A DNA stretch of 64,000 nt from an uncultured delta proteobacterium (lineage in GTDB: Bacteria > Myxococcota_A > UBA9160 > SZUA-336), in NCBI GenBank assembly GCA_963704165.1, contig CAVPHD010000005.1, forward strand, positions 224,001 to 288,000, read 5' to 3'. The translations under genes and the position numbers were made by a program. Below are positions 58,261 through 64,000 of this stretch, piece by piece (the first letter of the stretch is position 1; every line of letters starts with the position of its first letter). The notes under the pieces were generated by a model that saw nothing but the letters and a program-made list of their open reading frames with translations, was not told the origin of the DNA and searched no databases.

Positions 58261-59142
58261 ATGCCCGACGCCAGCCCGGACTTCGAGCCGCGGAGCTTCG
58301 TCTGCAGGGATGGGCTGCGCTTGTTCTACCGCGACCATCCCGGACCGACACGCCCGGGTGTCACCGCGCTCTGCCTCCACGGCCTGACCCGGAACTCGTG
58401 TGACTTCGAGGAGCTCGCTCCGCATCTCTCGCGCTCGCGGAGGGTGCTCTGCCTCGATGTCCGCGGCCGCGGTCGCTCGGAGTCCGATGCGCAGCCGTCG
58501 CGCTACCTGCCGACGACGTACGCGCAGGACGTGATCGAGCTACTCGATCACGCACGCGTCTCGCGCGTGGCCATCATCGGCACGTCGATGGGGGGGATCC
58601 TCGCGCTCTTGCTCGCGACCCTCCGGCCCGAGGCGGTGGCTGCGGTAGTGCTGAACGACATCGGTCCGGTCGTCGATCCGGTCGGCATTGCGCGCATTGC
58701 CGGCTACGTCGGCAAGGGCTCGGAGGCCTCGAGCTGGGAAGAAGCTGCCGGTGCGGTGCAAGCGCTGAACGCCGACTTCTTCCCCGAGTTCGGCCCGTCG
58801 GACTGGCTGCGATTCGCACGCCGCACCTTCCGCGAGGATCCCGATGGAAGACTGCGGCCCGCCTACGATCCCGAGATCGCCCAGGCGACTCGGACGGGCG
58901 GCGCGGTTCCGCCGGATCTCTGGGCACTGTGGTCGGGGCTCGCGTCGATTCCGGCGCTCTCGATCCGAGGTGAGCTCTCCGACATCCTCTCGAACGACAC
59001 GCTCGCCGAGATGGCGAGACGCAAGCCGGACCTCGAGATCCTGCGAGTCGCGAATCGCGGCCACGCTCCGACGCTCGACGAGCCCGAGTGCGTCGCGTCG
59101 ATCGAGAGCTTTCTCGAGCGAATTCCGGAAGGCGCGGCCTGA
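58261..59142 (+). CDS. Alpha/beta fold hydrolase
   Basis: LHGLTRN, DVRGRGRS, GTSMGG, LNDIGP, GHAP. Confidence 0.9.
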   Translation: MPDASPDFEPRSFVCRDGLRLFYRDHPGPTRPGVTALCLHGLTRNSCDFEELAPHLSRSRRVLCLDVRGRGRSESDAQPSRYLPTTYAQDVIELLDHARVSRVAIIGTSMGGILALLLATLRPEAVAAVVLNDIGPVVDPVGIARIAGYVGKGSEASSWEEAAGAVQALNADFFPEFGPSDWLRFARRTFREDPDGRLRPAYDPEIAQATRTGGAVPPDLWALWSGLASIPALSIRGELSDILSNDTLAEMARRKPDLEILRVANRGHAPTLDEPECVASIESFLERIPEGAA

Positions 59143-59275
59143 GCTTCGAGAACAACGAGGTCGCGACTCAGCGTATGATCCCCCGGGCCATTCTCTACCG
59201 GGGCTCCATGCCGCGCCGAGAACCAGATCGGCGGGTCGCGCTCCTCTTCACCCAGATCACGTCGGAGTTCTGCTG

Positions 59276-60058
59276 ATGCCTTTCGCGAGCGTCAATCGTC
59301 ACGACCTGTACTTCGAGGATTCCGGCGGCAATCGCCCTGCGGTGATCTTCAGCCACGGCTTCCTGCTCGATCACTCGATGTGGAGCGCGCAGGTCGAGGC
59401 CCTGTCCGGGCAGTTCCGCTGCGTCACCTGGGACGAACGCGGCCATGGCATGAGCGACTGCCTGGGGCCGTTCGACTACTACGACTCGGCCTCCGACGCG
59501 ATCGGCATCCTCGACCACCTCGGCATCGAGAAGGCGACCTTCGTCGGCATGTCGCAGGGAGGATTCCTGTCGATGCGCGCGGCCGTGAAGTTCGCACCGC
59601 GCGTGAAGTCGCTCGTGCTGATCGACACCGCCGCGGCGTTGTTCTCCGAGGAAGTCCTCGACGGCTACCGTACGATGGCGGACGCGTGGCTCTCGCAGGG
59701 GCCGGTCGGCGAGATCGCGACGAACATGGCGGCACTGATCTTCGGGCCCAAGTACAAGGCGGAGCCGTGGATCGGGAAGTGGCAGTCGAAGCCGCCCTGC
59801 GAGTCCGCGCACCCTTGGGAAACGATGCTGAGTCGCGACGACTTCGTGCCCTATCTGAAGGAAGTCCGCTGCCCGACCCTGGTGATCCACGGGAGCAAGG
59901 ACGCCGTCTTCGATCCGGCGACGGCCAAGGGCCTTCGCGACGAGCTCCCCGACTGCAAGGGACTCGTCGTCGTGCGCGGCGCCGCGCACGCTCCGAATAT
60001 CACCAACGCGAAGGCCGTGAACGCGGCGCTTCACGAGTTCCTGCGCAAGCACGGCTGA
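59276..60058 (+). CDS. Alpha/beta fold hydrolase
   Basis: SHGF, DERGHG, GMSQGG, HGSKD, AAHA. Confidence 0.9.
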   Translation: MPFASVNRHDLYFEDSGGNRPAVIFSHGFLLDHSMWSAQVEALSGQFRCVTWDERGHGMSDCLGPFDYYDSASDAIGILDHLGIEKATFVGMSQGGFLSMRAAVKFAPRVKSLVLIDTAAALFSEEVLDGYRTMADAWLSQGPVGEIATNMAALIFGPKYKAEPWIGKWQSKPPCESAHPWETMLSRDDFVPYLKEVRCPTLVIHGSKDAVFDPATAKGLRDELPDCKGLVVVRGAAHAPNITNAKAVNAALHEFLRKHG

Positions 60059-60143
60059 TCGTCGCCGCAACTTCCGGGGGGCTCCCCGGTTCTTCCTCTC
60101 GAGCCGGAAGCCGTGCTTCCGAGCGTGATGAAGGAGATCCCCG

Positions 60144-60521
60144 ATGCGCCTTGGCAAATCCACCCTCGCACTCGCGACGATCGCGGGCCTGTTGCTCATC
60201 ATTGGACCTGCGCTCGCGGAGGACGCGCCGCCCCCGAGCGAGGAGTCGCCTCGAAAGCGCGAGCGCGCCGAGTTCTGCAAGCAGAACCCGGACCGTTGCG
60301 AAGAGGCGCGGGCCAAGCGCAAGGCGTTCTGCGCCGAGAATCCCGCGAAGTGCGAGCAGCAACGCGAGCAGATGAAGCAGCGGCGGGCGGAATTCAAGGC
60401 GAAGTGCGAAGCCGATCCCGAGAAGTGCAAGCAGATGAAGCAGCAGCGCCGGGAGCGCTTCAAGAAGAGACAGGGCGCGGGGAATCCTCCTGGCGAAGGG
60501 GCGAAGCCACTTCCCGAATGA
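60144..60521 (+). CDS. Small secreted protein with three C-x2-[ND]P-x2-C helical repeats
   Basis: AAGGAG RBS; signal peptide; CKQNPDRC, CAENPAKC, CEADPEKC. Confidence 0.72.
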   Translation: MRLGKSTLALATIAGLLLIIGPALAEDAPPPSEESPRKRERAEFCKQNPDRCEEARAKRKAFCAENPAKCEQQREQMKQRRAEFKAKCEADPEKCKQMKQQRRERFKKRQGAGNPPGEGAKPLPE

Positions 60522-61392
60522 ACCGATCGAGCGTCGCGAGCTTCTGCGCTCTCGGACCGAGCGTGAAGTCGGGAACGATCAGCTCGTCGACACCCGAGTC
60601 GCGATAGGCGCGCACGGTCTCGCGTACCTCGTCGGCGTTTCCGATGATCGCCGGCCGGCCGATCGGTCGGCTCCGCATCTTCTCGACGAGCGCGCGATCG
60701 TCGGTCAGGAAGAGCAGGGCGACGGCCGATCGCTGGATCGCGCGCGGGGGCCGGCCGAGGTCGGCGCAGTAGCCGTCGAGGATCGCCATCTTGCGGCGCA
60801 GGGTCGCGACGTCACCCCAGACGTTCCACTCGTCGGCGAATCGCGCGGCGATCCGCAGCGTGACCTTCTCACCGCCGCCACCGATCAGGAGAGGGAGCGG
60901 ACTCTGACGCGGCTTCGGTTCGAGCACCGCGTTCTCGAGCGCGTAGTGCTTGCCGCGAAACGTCGTCGTCTCGTTCGCGAACAGGCTCTTGATCAGCTCG
61001 CATGTCTCGGCCAGGCGTTCGAGCCGCTCCTTCACGGTGTAGAACGGAATCCCGTACTGGCGATGCTCGTTCTCCTGCCAGCCCGCGCCGAGTCCGAGCA
61101 CGAGGCGTCCGCCGCAGAGGTGATCGACGGTCGAAGCCATCTTCGCGAGCACGGCGGGATGGCGATAGGTATTGCCGGTGACGAGCGGGCCAAGGCGGAT
61201 CCGCGGCACCGATGCCGCGAGGGCGGCCAAGGTCGTCCACGCTTCGGGCCACGGGACGCGCGTGGCGTCGCCATCGGGCATGAAGTGGTCGGCGCACCAG
61301 AGTCCGTCCCAGCCGGTGGATTCCGCGTGGCGCGCGATCTCGAGCACATCGGGAAACGACTGTGCGGGGCTCGGCCAGACGCTGAATCGCAT
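60460..61392 (-). CDS. LLM-class (probably F420-dependent) oxidoreductase, Rv1855c-like
   Basis: ADHFMP, EAWTTL, LVTGNTYRHPAVLAKMA, LGLGAGWQENEH, IGGGGE. Confidence 0.9.
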   Translation of the reverse strand: MRFSVWPSPAQSFPDVLEIARHAESTGWDGLWCADHFMPDGDATRVPWPEAWTTLAALAASVPRIRLGPLVTGNTYRHPAVLAKMASTVDHLCGGRLVLGLGAGWQENEHRQYGIPFYTVKERLERLAETCELIKSLFANETTTFRGKHYALENAVLEPKPRQSPLPLLIGGGGEKVTLRIAARFADEWNVWGDVATLRRKMAILDGYCADLGRPPRAIQRSAVALLFLTDDRALVEKMRSRPIGRPAIIGNADEVRETVRAYRDSGVDELIVPDFTLGPRAQKLATLDRFIREVASPLRQEDSPRPVSS

Positions 61393-61406
61393 GAGGGCCT
61401 CCGTCT

Positions 61407-61952
61407 TCAGGTTCCAGGGAACTTGGCGTGATGGGCACCGACGATGAAGACCGCGATGCGTGCGGGTACGTGGCCGCGATTGTGCCAGGCGTGGCGTGTG
61501 CCGTTCTGCACGACCGTGTCGCCCGCGCGAAGATGTGCCACGACACCGTCGTCGAGCTCGAGCCAGACTTCTCCCTCGAGCACGACCTCGAAATCGATCG
61601 TCGCAGTCGTGTGCATGCCGGGCGCGTCGGCCTCCATGTGGCTCGAGAGTCCGGGAAGCGCCGACTCGAGCTCCTTCACCGCGGCGGGAAGATCCGCGAC
61701 CGCTGGCCGGGACTGCGAATCGGGCGGGAGCGTGAACATTCCGAAGCGGAAGCCGCCGACCGGCGGAAAGTACGGGTTCTGCGCCGGGGGCGAGCCATCG
61801 TCGGGAAAGGACGGTTCGCGGTTCCCGCCCCAGAGTCGATGAAACTCGGAGCCCGGCAGGAGCTCCGGCGTGATCGGAGCGACCTGAGCATCCGAGGCGA
61901 TGATCGCCTTTCCGAAGCGGTCATGTCCGGTGACGACGCGGCGGACCTTCAT
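61407..61952 (-). CDS. Cupin domain protein
   Basis: VRRVVTGHD, GMHTTATIDF, GDTVVQNGTRHAWHN. Confidence 0.88.
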   Translation of the reverse strand: MKVRRVVTGHDRFGKAIIASDAQVAPITPELLPGSEFHRLWGGNREPSFPDDGSPPAQNPYFPPVGGFRFGMFTLPPDSQSRPAVADLPAAVKELESALPGLSSHMEADAPGMHTTATIDFEVVLEGEVWLELDDGVVAHLRAGDTVVQNGTRHAWHNRGHVPARIAVFIVGAHHAKFPGT

Positions 61953-62030
61953 CTTCGCCCTCCTCTCCGGCTAGTATGGCGCGATTCCAGGCCGAGTGAG
62001 CCCTTCTGTTCGACTCTGCGAGGGGGTGCG

Positions 62031-62951
62031 ATGACGATCGGAAGCGAGCGATTCCGCGGCGCGCTTCTCGGATTGGCCTGCGGCGACGCCGTCGGTACGA
62101 CGGTCGAGTTCCGCGAGCGCGGAAGCTTCGCGAGGCTCGAGGACATGACCGGGGGCGGGCCGTTTGCGCTCCGCCCCGGGGACTGGACCGACGACACCTC
62201 GATGGCGCTCTGCCTGGCACGAAGCCTGGTCGAGACCGGGCGCTTCGACGCGCTCGACCAGATGCAGCGCTACTTACGCTGGTGGCACGAGGGCTATCTC
62301 TCGAGCACGGGCCGGTGCTTCGACATCGGCGTCACCGTCCGCGACGCGCTCGGCCGCTTCCGCGCGACCGGCGATCCGTTCAGCGGTTCGACCGATCCGA
62401 GGTCGTCGGGGAACGGATCGCTGATGCGGCTCGCGCCCGTGCCGATGTTCTACGCGCCCGACGCCTCGCGGGCGATCCACTTCTCGGCCGAGAGTTCGCG
62501 GACGACACACGGAAGTGACGAGGCGGTCGATGCCTGCCGGCTCTTCGCGGCGATGCTCGTTCGCGCGCTCTCCGGCTCCGATCGCGAGGCCGTGCTCGCC
62601 GCGGGCGAGGATCTCGGCGACGGGTCTCGCCCGCTCGCGCCGAAGATCGCTTCGATCGCGGGCGGCGCGTACCAGGCGAAGCGCGAGCGCGACGTCCGCG
62701 GCACCGGCTACGTCGTCGCGTCGCTCGAGGCCGCCCTCTGGAGCTTCGCGACAACGACGAGCTATCGCGACGCGATCCTGCGCGCGGCGAATCTGGGCGA
62801 CGACGCCGACACGACCGCGGCGATCTGCGGCCAGATCGCGGGTGCCTTCTACGGCGAGTCGGGGATTCCCGAGGCCTGGCGTGAGAAGATCGCGATGCGC
62901 GAGCTGATCGGGGAAACCGCGGATGCCCTTCACCAAGCGAGACCTGCCTGA
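62031..62951 (+). CDS. ADP-ribosylglycohydrolase (DraG/ARH family)
   Basis: GLACGDAVG, WTDDTSM, GNGSLMR, TTH, NLGDDADTTAA. Confidence 0.93.
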   Translation: MTIGSERFRGALLGLACGDAVGTTVEFRERGSFARLEDMTGGGPFALRPGDWTDDTSMALCLARSLVETGRFDALDQMQRYLRWWHEGYLSSTGRCFDIGVTVRDALGRFRATGDPFSGSTDPRSSGNGSLMRLAPVPMFYAPDASRAIHFSAESSRTTHGSDEAVDACRLFAAMLVRALSGSDREAVLAAGEDLGDGSRPLAPKIASIAGGAYQAKRERDVRGTGYVVASLEAALWSFATTTSYRDAILRAANLGDDADTTAAICGQIAGAFYGESGIPEAWREKIAMRELIGETADALHQARPA

Positions 62952-63473
62952 CCGGACCTGGTGGATCGAGCGCGGGCGCGTGCTCGGTGGCGCGTATCCC
63001 TTCGACCTCGATCCCGAGAAGGCGCGCGCGCGCCTCGAGGCGATCCTCGACGTCGGCATCTCCACCTTCGTGAACTTGATGGAGGAGAACGAGACGAACT
63101 ACGACGGGAAACCGTTCGCGAGCTACGCCGCGGACGCGGAGTCGCTCGCGCGGCGCGCGGGATCGAGCTCGAGATCGCGCGCTTCCCGATCGTCGATCTC
63201 GACGTTCCGAGGCTCGCGCGAATGCGCGAGATCCAGGCCTTCATCGACGGGCACCGCGAGCGCGGACGGCTCTGCTACGTGCACTGTTGGGGCGGGCGCG
63301 GTCGCACCGGAACGGTCGCCGGCGTGTACATGATTCGTCGCGACCTCGCGAAGCTCGACGACTTCGTCGACGTGATCCGCGAGCGGCGGCGCTTCGACTC
63401 CGGCGGTGGACGCTCGCCCGAAACCGACGAGCAGAGGGACTTCGTGCGGCGGTATCCGTTCAGCGATCGCTGA
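62923..63473 (+). CDS. Protein-tyrosine/dual-specificity phosphatase family protein (frameshift near 63150)
   Basis: N-terminal WIERGRVLGGAYP...FVNL in one frame; FPIVD...VHCWGGRGRTG...SPETDEQ in the other. Confidence 0.8.
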
Positions 63474-64000
63474 GCGCGCGCACCAGAGTCAGCGCCGAGC
63501 TCGCGAGCCCGTCGATCTGCGCACGGAACGCGTTCGTGTCGGCCTTCCCGCCCATCACGCCCTTCAGGTACCGCGCCATCACGCCCTCGACGATTGCGGC
63601 GAGGCGCCAGTACTGGAACGCGCGGTAGTAGTCGACGTTCGTGATCTGGCGTCCCGTCAGGTTCGAGTACATCGCGAGGACCTCGGATCGCGTCTGGAAT
63701 CCGCCCGCCGCCGATGGTGACGCCGCGGCCGCAGCGCTGCCGCCGACCTCGCCCGGCTCGGCCCAGTTGTTCATCAGGTATCCGAGATCGGCGAGCACGT
63801 CGCCGAGCGTGCAGAAGCTCCCAGTCGAGCACCGCCGCGATGCGCGCGTTCTCGCCCGTGATGCAGTTCCCGAGCCGGTAGTCTCCGTGCACGATTCCCG
63901 TGTACTTCTGCTCGGGCATCAGCGCGATCAGCGCCTCGTGCACCTCCTCCATCGCGGGAAGTTCGCGTGTCTTCGACTTCTCCCACTGCGTTCGCCAGCG
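63460..64000 (-). CDS. Aminoglycoside phosphotransferase-like (APH/ACAD10-type) protein, partial, frameshift near 63815
   Basis: VHGDYRLGN, AVLDWEL then (C)TLGDVLADLGY; runs off the window end. Confidence 0.82.

Noticed and set aside
59088..59276. 62-aa ORF between two hydrolase genes
   Set aside because: Overlaps the upstream gene, no RBS or motif; not supportable

Overview
High-GC bacterial chromosomal window with Gram-negative features (TonB-dependent receptor, PEP-CTERM proteins, type IV pilus ATPases, Cys-rich/TSP3/dockerin secreted proteins). A Myxococcota/deltaproteobacterial origin is inferred, not shown. About 55 CDSs: acnA, a cheA-W-B-R-Y-MCP operon, bolA, pgi, dinB, rapA, two pilT-type ATPases, metF-like/folB/gor, a Zn/Mn-type ABC uptake operon, a sterol side-chain catabolism-like cluster (P450, echA19-like, fadE26/27-like), ppk1 with a SixA-Ppx fusion, truD, and several hydrolases and LLM oxidoreductases. 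No rRNA, tRNA, CRISPR or mobile element was seen. Main observations: (1) two back-to-back cobalamin riboswitches control a PEP-CTERM surface protein on one side and a BtuB-like receptor plus a propeller/dockerin protein on the other, a candidate surface B12-capture system; (2) a DsbA/FrnE-family selenoprotein (UPWC motif plus SECIS-like hairpin) that the ORF track missed; (3) four palindromes resembling the actinobacterial KstR operator (three exact, one with a single mismatch) upstream of sterol/lipid catabolic genes; (4) MshEN-like motifs inside CheA and at the N-terminus of a PilT; (5) a CxxC/RAPP leader peptide before the metal uptake operon; (6) a purple-acid-phosphatase-like domain that has lost most metal ligands. 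Seven single-base frameshifts in otherwise intact genes suggest assembly indel errors. All family calls come from motif recognition by eye; no searches were run.
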